Below, piece after piece: positions 1-12,152 of a stretch of DNA of 64,000 nucleotides. This DNA comes from Ramazzottius varieornatus. Taxonomy: Eukaryota; Animalia; Tardigrada. Below the pieces are notes generated by a model, which saw nothing but the letters and a program-made list of their open reading frames with translations, was not told the DNA's origin and made no database searches. The DNA lies in NCBI GenBank assembly GCA_001949185.1, contig BDGG01000010.1:1790773-1854772 (forward strand). The letters are read 5' to 3'. Numbering within the stretch: the stretch's first letter is position 1; every line of letters starts with the position of its first letter. Both the position numbers and the translations under genes were made by a program.

Positions 1-82
1 AGGGCCACAACGCCAATCCTGTTCGCATATCAGTTGCTACCAGACAATACTACGGCAAAGACTGCTTGCTGTTCTCGGAGCA

Positions 83-676
83 ATGAGCAAACTAGCGCAC
101 GCCAGTGGGGCGGGGACTTCCGGTCCGTCCTCTCCACCCGGTCCACCTGCACCTCAACAGACATCCGCACCGAAAGCCAGCAGCAACAGGAACACGCGTG
201 GAGCAGGAGACCATGGAAGGATGGCGCACGATAAGCCCGGACCATCCGAACACAAGTTACCCAAGCTGGAGTACGACCCAAGTGAGTACCAGCTGGTTAA
301 GCATCTCCCTCGACAGTGCCCGCGTGGACCCGGCGAAGTCTATATAACGCTGAAGACGTCCTTCAAAGCACAGCTGGAGCGATGCAAGAAGCTACTGGAA
401 GCACCAGGCTGTAAGTCCATCTCGCTTCATGGAATGGGCGCTGCGACGAATCGTGCAGTTAACTTAGCTTTAACGCTTCAAGCCGAGTACGCTGGCCTTC
501 TCGAGATATCCACGACTACCGGAAGTACGGAGATAACGAATGAGCTTGAACCGTTACGAGATGATCTGGACCCAATTTCCCAGTCGCGTTTCATATCTGT
601 GATTAACCTGAAGCTCTTCTTTGTAAAATCGTTAGAAGACTTGAAAAAGCCAAAAGAAAATGCTAATAAGCAGTAA
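83..676 (+). CDS. POP7: Ribonuclease P/MRP protein subunit p20 (Alba fold), single exon
   Basis: ORF contains VYITLKTSFKAQLERCKKLL...ISLHGMGAATNRAVNLALTLQ...TTGSTEITNELEP...QSRFISVINL, matching Rpp20 family motifs. Confidence 0.9.
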   Translation: MSKLAHASGAGTSGPSSPPGPPAPQQTSAPKASSNRNTRGAGDHGRMAHDKPGPSEHKLPKLEYDPSEYQLVKHLPRQCPRGPGEVYITLKTSFKAQLERCKKLLEAPGCKSISLHGMGAATNRAVNLALTLQAEYAGLLEISTTTGSTEITNELEPLRDDLDPISQSRFISVINLKLFFVKSLEDLKKPKENANKQ

Positions 677-830
677 GAAGCCCAGTAAATTTGTCACAGT
701 CAAAAGATTTCTTCTTTGGCGCAAGTTAATTTACTGGAAAATTTGGTTCTGGTCACAGACTTGGAACAGAAAATAATCATGAAGCATCGCCTTCTTCCAC
801 CGTAAAAACTTGTCACACAGAATTTCGGCT

Positions 831-2917
831 TCACTTCTCGTCGAAAGTGCAGACGATTCCCCAGTGGTCAGACGGGAAAGACTGGGTGCGAGGAGCTTTC
901 TTTAGACCCACAAGCCCAAAATGGACTGGTTTCAGCTTGGCTAAAGACTGGGCAGGCCGATAGTAAAGGCGGTCGAAGCGACATTGCGGCATGAAACTGA
1001 GTCCTGCACATTTCCGTCCCGCGTTGGTGTTGCGCTTGCAGTCCCAGGTCCACCTGCATTCCGGTCGAGCTGAACACACTTGCCATAAGTCAACCGTAGA
1101 GCTGGGCAAACCACCCGCCAGACCCACCTGATTCAGAACACGAGATTCACGGACAATATTATAGCAAGGACACAAGTAACATAGATGTGACGCTCGGTGC
1201 GATCAGCTTTATCAAAACATAGACTGGGAGGCCACCAGACAGACTCGACAAGATCGTCCTTCTAAGCGGCGCACGCTTTCAGCCAGTAATAATGACAGCG
1301 TGCGGCACTTGTGAAAATACTTTTGCCGAGCTCCCAATTGCTACATACTTGGATTGTGAACTGCGAAATTTAGATCTGGTTAAAGTGCTTACCTCTGGGT
1401 CCCGCAGGTTCAAGTCTCCTCCAAGTATCACCATCTTTTCTGCCTCTTGTGTTTTAATGAAATCAAAACAAGTTCGCAGCTGCACAACGCGCTCTTTGGC
1501 TCCATCCTTCGTGCTTTCCAGATGAGCTGTGGCCAGACAAAATGATACACCTTTCCACACAACCTACAACAGAAAACCGTGGACGAAAACAACGGTTTCC
1601 TTAACTTAAGTTTATCCTGGCTTACCTCTGCACACAGAATATTTCGTCCCATCTTCGTGTTGGCAAACGGCACCACCATGTTTTTCTGCATTGTGACTGT
1701 CGACTTGTGCATCATCATGGCGACGAAGTAGTCGGCTTTAGGTGCCGTTATGAAGCTGTAAGATCCTTTTAAATGAGACTCGAGAATTTCCAGGTTCGTT
1801 GCAACAACTTCCTAAGAACCGGACGGGTAGTATCGTCGTTTGTTCCGTGACAGCCCATGTAGAAACTACACCCCGGTATTCGAATGTCTTACCTGTAGAA
1901 AGACAACGTCAGGGCATTCTTCCTTGATTCCCTCCACGACGCCCAGAGCTCTCTGGTTGAAGTTCTTGTCATCAAGACCTAGAGAGACAACTTCCTAGTC
2001 CATCCCACTTCTGCACCTGAACAGAAACTTATTACCATCAATATTCCAGGACAAAAGCTTGAAGAAGGATCGTTTCATAATGTCGTGGTCGGGTTTCGGA
2101 GAGACTTCCATTTGCCGATCCCCGGAGCTCGAACTGGACGGAGAATTTTCTGCGACTTCCATTTTAACGTTTACAGGAACAGGGTTAGTTGTCTTCTTAG
2201 GTCGCTTCGCCGGCGAGTCTGTCGAGTCCCTGGAAAAGGCGCAACTATAAGAGGGCTAAGAAGCGCGAAACAAACATCTAATCGCACGTGCGATGATGGT
2301 GAAACTTACTCATTTTTGGCTTCGGTCTTTGTATCACTTAACGAACGTTCTAACGGAGTCACCGGTGATGGCAGATCGGTCCAGAAAGAACTGATGGCTG
2401 CCTGCAAGATACACCATCAAGTACCATCTGTACGTAGTTGGGGTTCCAACCATTCGAAAACACACATACTTGCAAATCATAGTTGTATCCAGGTAGAAAG
2501 GTAGCGGCGTATTCTGGCGTCGTGTTGGTCAACTCAGCGAACTTCTGACAGCGCTCAGGACGCACTTTCTCAAGTGCATCAACATCAATCACATCGAACC
2601 CGTTTGCTGTACCAACGCTCTCTTTACTGGATGCCGTATGCTCGAAGTATTGCAACACACTTTGCTGTTAATAAATGTGTCATAAAAATCATGTACGTCA
2701 ATAACACCGGACTACTATGTATCTTGACCGACCACAGTGACAATGTCCAAAGGATTACCTCGAGATCCCAATGATTTCGCTGTAAGTACTGATCAGCAAG
2801 AGGGATGGTTGTGCTGGTGACATCTCTGAATTCCCGACAGCGCCTGGCTCTTTCCTCGCCTCCTGGACCACCGTCATCCTCATCATCTGTCCGAGATCGA
2901 TCATGATCGAAATCCAT
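831..2917 (-). CDS. TDP2: Tyrosyl-DNA phosphodiesterase 2 (EEP domain, N-terminal UBA-like domains), multi-exon
   Basis: Motifs SWNIDGLD, FLQEV, LATAHLES, ILGGDLNLRD, RFDRLYY and FPSDHWG are spread over GT-AG exons. The N-terminus has C..F..VT.T....A..YL..N.WDLE. Confidence 0.92.
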
Positions 2918-2941
2918 CACACCGCGCTTGGTTCCGAGAAC

Positions 2942-3418
2942 CTAGAGTGAAAATATGCTGACGGAGCAACATGCACATGCGTAACAAGAGCGGCGGCGGC
3001 AAGCTGGCGAATACACGAACTGCGAGGTTAGAAGCCCAGCTTGTTCACCAAAATAAGCTTCGCTATCCTTGATGAGAACAGCAAAGCTTATTGCAGAAAG
3101 AGTTGCGTCCCGGCGCAGGGATGGCAGGACACCCAGCAATCCACATGCATAACCCAAGCAGTAAACAGGCGCACAGGGAGTCAGCATTCTGGGACCGGAA
3201 GTCAGTCTTGTGTAGGAACAAAGATGCAATCACCTGCTGATTAACACAGCCGTGGAGACCCCCAGCTGCACCAACTTTTCCGCGCAAGACAGCGCGATGG
3301 AATCCCGCTAGACCTTGGGAGACAGGATGCCGAACAATTCTAACGAAGGTCTGCTGGGCCAACGGCAACGTCTGCAGCATCGCGTCTCATCATTCGTAGA
3401 AAGCGACTCTCTCCTTAC
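2942..3418 (-). ncRNA. Candidate structured RNA filling a putative 5'UTR intron of TDP2
   Basis: Donor AG|GTAAGG at 3418 and acceptor TTTTCACTCTAG at 2942. The intron holds several G-U-containing hairpins, ATGATGA at 3393-3387 and CTGA at 3205-3202 and 3184-3181. Confidence 0.35.
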
Positions 3419-3761
3419 CTTTGCTCGGGCAAGTCTGATCCGTCTTCTCTCAGTCTTCGGTGGTCAGCAGCTCAAATAGAAGCAGCTTCACGTGGAAACA
3501 GAAAGAAGGAATTGGAAGAAATTTCGGAATTCGAACGGAGGAAGAGAAGGACAAAAGGTGATTAGGTGAAACGAAAAGGTTCTTTCCCACTGACGAGCTG
3601 CTAAACCGAGCACTGCTGAGTTGATTGACAATCAATACTGGGCTGCTCGGTTCAGCAGCACGACACTGTCCGTTCTTTTTGTTTTGCTATACAGTACAAT
3701 AGTCCTCCTCACGACAGCCCGTAAAACTCCGTTGTGTTGATCTTGAAAGTAGATTACGAAG

Positions 3762-3811
3762 TTTCGCTTTCAAGATAAGCAGCCCTCGAGTAGCTGATCT
3801 TGAAAGCGAAA
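3762..3811. repeat. 15-bp perfect inverted repeat; a third ATCTTGAAAG copy lies at ~3740
   Basis: TTTCGCTTTCAAGAT (3762-3776) pairs with ATCTTGAAAGCGAAA (3797-3811), in the divergent TDP2/spinster intergenic region. Confidence 0.75.
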
Positions 3812-4921
3812 ACGGATTATTCTCTGCACACTTGACTCAAAATTTCAAATTTGCATTTCTCAGCTGATCTCTGTCTGTACAATGCTTCACGTTGCGAGAT
3901 ACCGTTTCACGTATGGCCTTCTTGATACCAATTAGTGTCAGGGATATCGACAGACAGAGACTAGCCAGAGAGAAAACCATGAATTTCAGCCTAGTCAGGA
4001 GGCAAAGTTTCCTTACAAACCTACCCCGCAAAACTCGCGCATTTCCGCTCCCGTTTCAGAGACTTTCGAAAAACGCAATTTTGCCTCACTCACGACTAAT
4101 TTCCGTTGATCAAGCAAACGCAAATTTTAAATCAACCGTTTGCGACATAAACAGCTCGTCGTGAGGAGGACTAATACAGAGACTGCCAAAACGCAAAATC
4201 TTACTAAGTTAGGATGAATGAAGTCAGCTAGTGCACTGAGGAAGAATACCGATTTTCCTTTCCGGTTGGTCTCTTTTCTTTAGATTTTGTTCTGGACTAT
4301 CGGTGCTCCTGCGGTCTGTTCTTATCCGTGGCTTCCTGTAGAGCCAAAGAGGACCTCATCAACTTGAAAGCGTCGAAAGGTAGGCCATCAGAAACATCTA
4401 TCAATAGCTAGAGGCTAGAGGTAGAAGTCGCTATATGCATGTAGTTTGTCAAGTTTCCTCTTATCTCCACCTGATTACGAAATGTCTCATTTTGAACAGA
4501 GTCGTTGGTCTCCTGGACAGCAGAAGCCGAGGTTTTACGGATTTCTTTATCACCGAACGAGGCATAACCAAGCCACCTCTGTACGCGTTTTCATCGGAGG
4601 CATATATGAAAACACCTACTGTTTATCCGACATTCATAAGTTAGTTCGTACTTCACAACCAGCTAGACTCGGCCCTCCTTTACTGCTGATGCTGACGAGG
4701 TAAGAGTCACACCGTTCTTCATCGAGTCTGGATCTATGAGTCTTTCCAAGTACTACGGACTGAGCAACCTCGAAGAACTTCGCTCGGTTTGTTAGCGCAG
4801 TACCCTTGAACCACTGTCTGTTCGTATGCTTTCAGTATATTCCCTGATGAACACATCGTAGTGGACCAAATTACAATCGTGTTCGGGACACAGAACAATC
4901 GCCGTTCCAAGGCCGTCGAAC

Positions 4922-6964
4922 ATGGAAAACAGACCACCAACTGTGCTGTCCGACAGTGGGACAGACAGCTTTGCCGTGTCACTTCCTCCTTCTAATACCA
5001 GCAAGCGGAGTTATATCACAGTTGCCATCTTATTCTTCGTCAACCTTTTAAACTACATTGATCGTTTCACGATAGCCGGAGTTTTGGAAGACGTGGAGGT
5101 CTACTATGGCATTGACAAATCCATGCAGGGACTACTCCAGACCATGTTCATCATCGGCTACATGCTCTTCGCTCCGTTGTTTGGGTATTTGGGTGACCGT
5201 TACTCCCGCAAACTTCTGATGTGCATTGGCATCTTCTTTTGGTCGCTCATGTCACTGGCTGGATCGTTCATCCCTCCTCATGTAACCTCTGACTAGAGTA
5301 CTTTGACAGTTTAAACCACGTTCACCAAAATATCTTTTTCATTGCAGCTCTTCCCTTTGCTTCTTGTGATAAGAGCAGCGGTCGGCGTGGGAGAAGCTTC
5401 GTATTCGACAATTGCGCCGACCATTATTTCCGACCTGTTTACGGGTAAAAGACGATCTCAAATGCTGGGTCTCTTTTACTTCGCCATTCCGGTGGGTAGT
5501 GGTCTGGGATACATGATTGCATCGGGCGTAGCTAAAGCCAGCGGACATTGGCAGTGGGCTCTGCGGGTAAGATCGCCGAACGCCGCCAAATACCGCATTA
5601 TCGGCATCAGACGATATCACTGTTAAGCGTGAATGGCATGTTAGGTTACTCCAGGATTCGGTCTCTTGTCCGTTCTCCTCATAGCCCTCTTCCTGGTGGA
5701 TCCTCCTCGCGGTTCGGCCGAAGGAGGCCAGCACGTGTCCAGCACTTCCTATCTAACCGATCTCAAATCGCTAACGAGGAAGTAAGTTCTCGCAGCCTTA
5801 CAATTTCAAGTAGCAATCCATGATCTGGTATACTACCAATAGTGTGCTAAGTTAATCGATTTCTTTTTGGCAGTCGAAGTTTCGTTGGAGGAACCTTCGG
5901 CTTCACCTGTGTGGCGTTCGTCGCTGGTGCTCTGTCCTTCTGGGCTCCTCAGTTCATGATGTATGGTATTCGGCTGAATACGGGCAACCACGAGATCGGA
6001 CAGACCGAGTAAGTGTTTGGTCGAACTCGCAGCTCAGACCCACTCGACGATTGCTTTTACTAATGCTGCTTGGTTTCGTAGAGTTTCCTTCAATTTCGGA
6101 CTGATCACAGTCTTTGCCGGCATTCTCGGCGTGGGATTAGGCAGCTACGCCTCGCAGAGACTGAGGACGCATTCCGTAACAGCGGATCCTATCATCTGCG
6201 CCTTGGGCATGCTGGTGTGCGCTCCCTTTCTTTTTTTTGCCATATTGGCTTCCCGGTATTATCCGGGTGTCACTTGGGTGGGTCTTTCTTTGATTGTTTC
6301 AGGATTCGTCTGTTCACTTATGCAATAGGGTGTAATCGCATTGGTTTGATTTCAGGCGTTTATATTCTTTGCGGAAGTTTTCCTATGCCTCAATTGGGCA
6401 ATAGTGGCCGACATGGTTTTGGTAAGTTTGTCCGATGTGAGATTACTATGAACCAGTCGATTGTGCAGCAGTTTTGAATTGGGTTTAACTGAATACAATT
6501 CGGTTTGAATGTCGGAATTTCAAATTTTCGTACTAAGGTACCTTTTTGATTACAGTATGTTGTGATCCCTCCTCGACGATCGTCTGCGGAAGCGTTTCAA
6601 ATTCTGGCAAGTCACGCACTAGGTGACGCCATTAGTCCGTATGTTGTTGGTGCTGTAGCCGATGCAATCAAGCGAAGTTATTCCGACCAGTACGATGGGG
6701 ACTGGAACGACTGGAATAGTTTACAGGTGCGTTTCTTGGAGCTCCTTCATTTAGCTCCAGTTAGATAACGCAGATGAGCATGGTACCGCACTGACTGAGA
6801 ATAATGTCCATCTTATTTGTCAGGATTCGTTGTACATCACGACGTTTGTGGCCTTAGCGGGAGCTCTTTGTTTTGTGGTCACATCGTGGTACATCGATGC
6901 TGATAAGAAGAAGGTCGACGACGCAATCAGAGGCTCTGCAGAGTGTGGCCAACCTTCGATGTGA
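4922..6964 (+). CDS. spin: Spinster-family MFS lysosomal lipid transporter, multi-exon
   Basis: Motifs [68 protein letters not shown] and [17 protein letters not shown]. Confidence 0.93.
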
Positions 6965-7959
6965 GACGCCGAACTTCCAAAGAAGTATGTGCATCCTTAT
7001 AGCTATTCTTTCCCGGTGCTGTGATATCTTAATGATTCTTCTGAAAGTTGTACAGTGACTACGCGGTGTTGTGAATCATCACAACATCGTTCTTTTGAAA
7101 ACACGTCCTGATTTCTACAGGAACTCACGCGTCAAGGAATTAGTTTTGAGCGGGCCGGGGCTGTTGCCGAATTTTGACACATATTTTGCACAACATTATT
7201 TTACCAATCTAGTTATTGGGTTTTGGGCTTTCGAACGGCTAGGCGTATCGCTTGATACAAAAGAAGATCTGCGGTAGCCGTGTTGTACGATTGCCGTCGA
7301 TTGGGGTGCTGTTGTGCCGGCATCGGTTTGCTGAGGGCTTGAAGGTGCTGTTGTTCTCGCAATTAGTGTCGCAAGCATCCCTAATTATCTACCAACAGCT
7401 TACGACGAAGCATTATTCGTTGCTGATTCTCTTTTTCAACGAGAGCAATTACGCCGGGAAAAAGTTTTAGATTGATGTGCGTGTTCCACCTGACGCTACG
7501 GCAATGTCAACTCTGGTTTTGCTCCAGTGGGTGTGAGGCTAAAAGTATGACCAGCAGTTCATGGTCAGTCTCGTTTCCTTCTTTTCCCGTCTCCTTCGGG
7601 CTGATGGCAGTACTGCTGAAAATTTCTTCATCGGCGAAGTTGTAATCGGATTGTTCTCCCAGGACAGTTATGAAGTTTTGAACCATCGCTATCGATGACC
7701 GACAAAGGAAAGAGTATTTGGACCAGATGGCACTCCGCCAGATTCTTGTTCGTTGTTGGAAAGCAACAGAGAAATGGGTTACATGATTACCCTAATTGAT
7801 TAGCAGCTCTGCCAAGGCCCAAGGTATCCGCTCTGGTTTTCCCTTAGATGAGTTTCGGGTAGTGTAATTGGATCACTCGTACTTGAGGAAGAGATTCGAA
7901 CATTCTGCATACACGGTTGGCGATCGTGTTTCTTCTTCTCGTTTGTGAGCGGGAATGTG

Positions 7960-10900
7960 ATGGCCAACAGTGCCGCACATCCAACCGAGTCTGAGATAAA
8001 CGCGATCTCGAACCCAAGTTCTCAGGATACCCCCACCCAGTCCGGGTCTTCTAACAAATCCTGTGGTCGTGGACCACAATGCGGAATCGAAGACCGAACA
8101 TTCAGGTTGGTTTCTCTCCATTTCGTCATATTTATCGCCCTGATATTGTTTTATGGCGCCAACAGGATAGGGCGGCTTTTGGGAACTTATCCGTTCCTGT
8201 CGATCATCATTGCGATCTCGATCGTCGCCACCGGCTCGATGGGCTTCCTGAACTTTCGCATCGAGTCACGAGTCGAAGACCTGTGGATATCTCCAGAGTC
8301 CACCGCTTATGCAGCAAGAAGTGCCAGCAGACTCTTCCCGGTTGGGTCGCGTGCCAAATTGACGGTTTTTATCGGCGCTCCAGACGTTCTGCAGCAGGAC
8401 ATCGTTGAATTAGTAAGTTGACCTCGGGTTCGTCCGCCTGATATCATATCTATACTTCTGATCGGTATGATACTTTTCTTCGATTTTTTCAGATACTCAA
8501 AATCGACAGTATTGTGAAAGGTTTCACATATCGGGAAAAGGGATGGAATTCTTTGTGTTTCAAGTGAGTTATGACGGTATCTTAGTGTTTGTGCTTAATC
8601 TGCCTCATAGGTGTTTCTTGCAAGCAATCTCGTCACCTTGTTGCAGGAAGAATTCGGAATGCCAAACATTTTCGTTGCTCAATTTTCTGGATGTGTCAAA
8701 TAATCCTTATCTTACCAATGATGCTGTCGTCGCGGCAATGAACAATCCCGGACGAAATCGGTACAGAGTCTCAAAAAGTCAATATACTTATCAACAGCAT
8801 ATTTCCCTTCCTTGCCCAGTCCTGAATGCGTATTGTCGTAGGAGGAGCACCATTCTTCCTCCTTACCTCATCTCGCTTGAAGATGTATTGTCCGGTGTAA
8901 CCATTTCGAATTCGACCGGAGGCATATCGGGAGCGACAGTAACTCGAATGGTCTACTTTCTACAACGCCAGGAACCAGACAAGATTGCCTCCAAAGTACC
9001 GGTACGAGTTCTCGTGGCCTTATAATTGCCTGTCTAGAGGCTTCCGGTCTATCCATTCCGGTAAGCATGAGAAATGACTTTCGGTGATTTTAATTGATGG
9101 TGTTTCAGACTAGCGCGGAAGGGGTTCTACGAGACACACTGTCAAACACCTTCGGAACTGGCTTCAGCCAAAAGAACATCTGCATCGCGGTGGCACTCGA
9201 ATATCCGTGCGTCTCCCGCTTCAAACAGAAACCCCTTTCAGCCTTGGCTAGTCCAACTTTGGATCGGACTTTCTGTTTCAGATCAGCAGACATACCGCCA
9301 GAGACCTTTGTCTCGTTTGACTACTTTTCAAGCCTGCTCTACGCTTGCATCGCATATCTTCTCGTAGTATTCGTCGCAACCGGAAGTTACACTGGCTCCC
9401 GGCATGGGTTCTGGTTGGCTGTCTCTGGGTTGATTGGAGTTGGTCTCGCCATTGCCTTCGGCTTTGGAATCGCCTCCGCTGTTGGACTACCATTTACACC
9501 ATTCCATTTCGTGTTACCCATATACCTGCTCGGTTCGTCAGCATTCACGTCCAGTCAGTCAACAGTTCAAAATTGACCGCGTTGACCATTTTTCTTGTTT
9601 TTTCAGGTATGTCCCTCTTCGGGTTTCTCGTCATGGAAATGGAGCTACGTATGATCTCTAACGCTCGGCCCAATTTACCGAGGAACGATAAGATGGGACT
9701 AACCATGCAGCGGAGTTTCATGACGATCGTGCTCTGCATGTTGTCGAACTTCCTGGTTTTTGCTGTCGGAATTGGTTCGGTAAGCTTACTAAGCTGGAAA
9801 TTATTCGAGGCTTTGAAATTGCACTAGCGTTTCTGTTTTCATAGAGTCTGCCAATTGTTCGATCTTTTTGCGTGTTCGGAGTTACATCGTCCGTCGGCAT
9901 CTTCATCTCGCAAATTCTCTTCCTTTTCGGCTGCTTGTCCGCCTGGCAGAATACTTACGAAAGCCACGCTAGTGCTTTGATCTGCTGTTATACAAGAAAT
10001 GCCGCATCGGAGAGAAACTCTCCCAGCCTTTATACTTGGCTGAAACCTGTCTTCGGATTTCTAGCATCTAACCTTCATGACAATATTGGGAAGGTGGGTT
10101 CCTCAGAATACTTTGTAGGGATATGGCAATATTATTTTGTGTGTGTGTGTGTGTTTCAGGGTTTTGTTTTCCTGGGTGTGACTGTTCTGACCGGTGTTTG
10201 TGTCTACTTTCTCTTCTCCTTACGGATCGTTTTCAGCCTCCGACGGTATGACCAAGGTCTGTTAGAAGCTACTTCCGGGTTCACACCTCGCTTCGACGAC
10301 TTCGGAGCGAGCGAAGCATCCCTTGGGTGCGTCTACTTGGGAGACATTCCGTACCATCTCCGTCAGTCCGAACTGCGCACGTTTCAGCGCTATCTGAAAG
10401 AGCATGCATCCATCAGACCACGAAGTGTAGCCAGCTGGTTCGACCGATATCAAGGTTGGATCGCCAACTACCAGAAACTTCGAGCTATCGGATACTACAA
10501 CGGAACCGGCGGTCAGTTCGCTCTCATACCACGTATTGGCTGATCATTACCCAACACCAAGGATGGTTTCTCCTTCTAGGACTTGACACGGGCATTTTGG
10601 ACAAAACAGTTTTCTACCAGAGCGTCACAAAGTTTGTCCTTGAGAAAAACTACGAAGAAGACGTTGTATTGATTCGCAGACCGGATGACGACCTGGAAAT
10701 TCTGGTATGAAATTTTCCCTGAAAGAATTCGGAAAATTGCTTCCTATTTTTTTAAAACCTAACGGTTGCTGTTTACGAAAAAGGAAATTTTTGCACTTGC
10801 ATATGACTGTACAGGAATCACCAATGGAAACTCATGTTTTTCTAGACCAGCAGGATTTGCTTCCGGTTCGTGGTCGGACTGCATCCGGATAACTACTCTC

Positions 10901-12152
10901 TGGCAGCTGAAAACATTGCGAACGTCGCTGCGGATCTTCAGCTGGGCAAAGCTTACGTGGACTCCAACATGATGTTAGAAGTGCTCGTGCAGAAGACTCT
11001 GGCTAACGAGCTGTGGGTCCTCTTCGGAGCATACTTTGTGGTTCTGCTGATCGTCGCCGCGCTGACGATCCAAAGTGTCATCTCGGCCTTGGTGGTCTTC
11101 GTGAGTTTCGCCCTACTGACGGTAAGCCAAGAGTCTTTTCCCAAAGGGACAGTATAAGGAAGATAATTCAGCTTCCTCTATGGCGCAGATTCACTCCATC
11201 GGCTTGATATCTAGCCAGAAAATTTCGATCGACTCCATGATGCTAGTGACGACTTTCTGTTACATCTCCATTGTGAGTCAGACCATCTTCTACGAAGCGA
11301 CGGTTTTTAATCGTCTTGATGGGAAGTTCGAACGAAAAGGTAATTTTAATATTTTTCGGCAAAGCTCATTACTGCTCTTAGTGTTCTGATCCTCAACTAC
11401 ATTCGTCTGTTCTTCGCAGCTCGACTGAAAAGCACGCTTATCGCTGCGGGTCCTCCAGCCCTTGCCTGCTTTCTCTGCGCCATCTGTACCACCATCCCGC
11501 TTTTCGACAGCTCGGTGGAGAGCTTCCGACTGATCCTCAAGGCACGATAACAACGTGTGTGGTTTGCCTCACATCCTACTCCATTAATGCTTTTGTTGTT
11601 GATTCTTTTCAGATCGCTTACACAACAATGGCAGTCGGATTCGCGCACGTTTTCCTCTTCCTTCCCGTTGCGCTAAGCGTGGCCACACCCGAAGCTGTCT
11701 CATATGCAACACTTCGCCTTCGTCGGCGTTTCACAAAGCAAACTCCACAACCGCCCTCTCCCGAAGTTCATTTTGACGGAGGGGTCAACATCCTACAAGA
11801 ACCGGAACCGATCGAGCTAGCCAACAATCAAGTCCATTTTGCGGCCCGAAGTCCCGCACAACGGCATGACAGTATCAGCAGTCGAGTTAGCCTGCGTTTC
11901 CACCACAAGAATGCCTGCTTACGTGCTGTACTCCATAGTCTACCCAGCCCTATAGAATCGGTTACTTCCGAAGAAGAAAAGGCACACGCCACAGAGGACC
12001 TGCAACCCAGCAGTGACCCAGCTCAATACGACTCACTCAAGAATCTGTCAATTTCCGCTCAACAGTCTGAAGATCGTGCAGAACATGAATATACCCTTGG
12101 AACTCAAGGGTCACTTCCGGACAGACCAGAAGCGACGACGTCAACGCACTGA
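7960..12152 (+). CDS. Patched/NPC1-related (PTR/PTCHD3-like) multi-pass membrane protein, divergent, multi-exon
   Basis: GRLLGTYPF...IESRVEDLWISPES, a sterol-sensing-like segment (GVGLAIAFGFGIASAVGLPFTP; LPIVRSFCVF) and C-terminal VGFAHVFLFLPVALS. Confidence 0.8.

Noticed and set aside
3063-3380. 105-aa minus ORF and overlapping ORFs upstream of TDP2
   Set aside because: No recognisable homology; they lie inside the putative structured intron.
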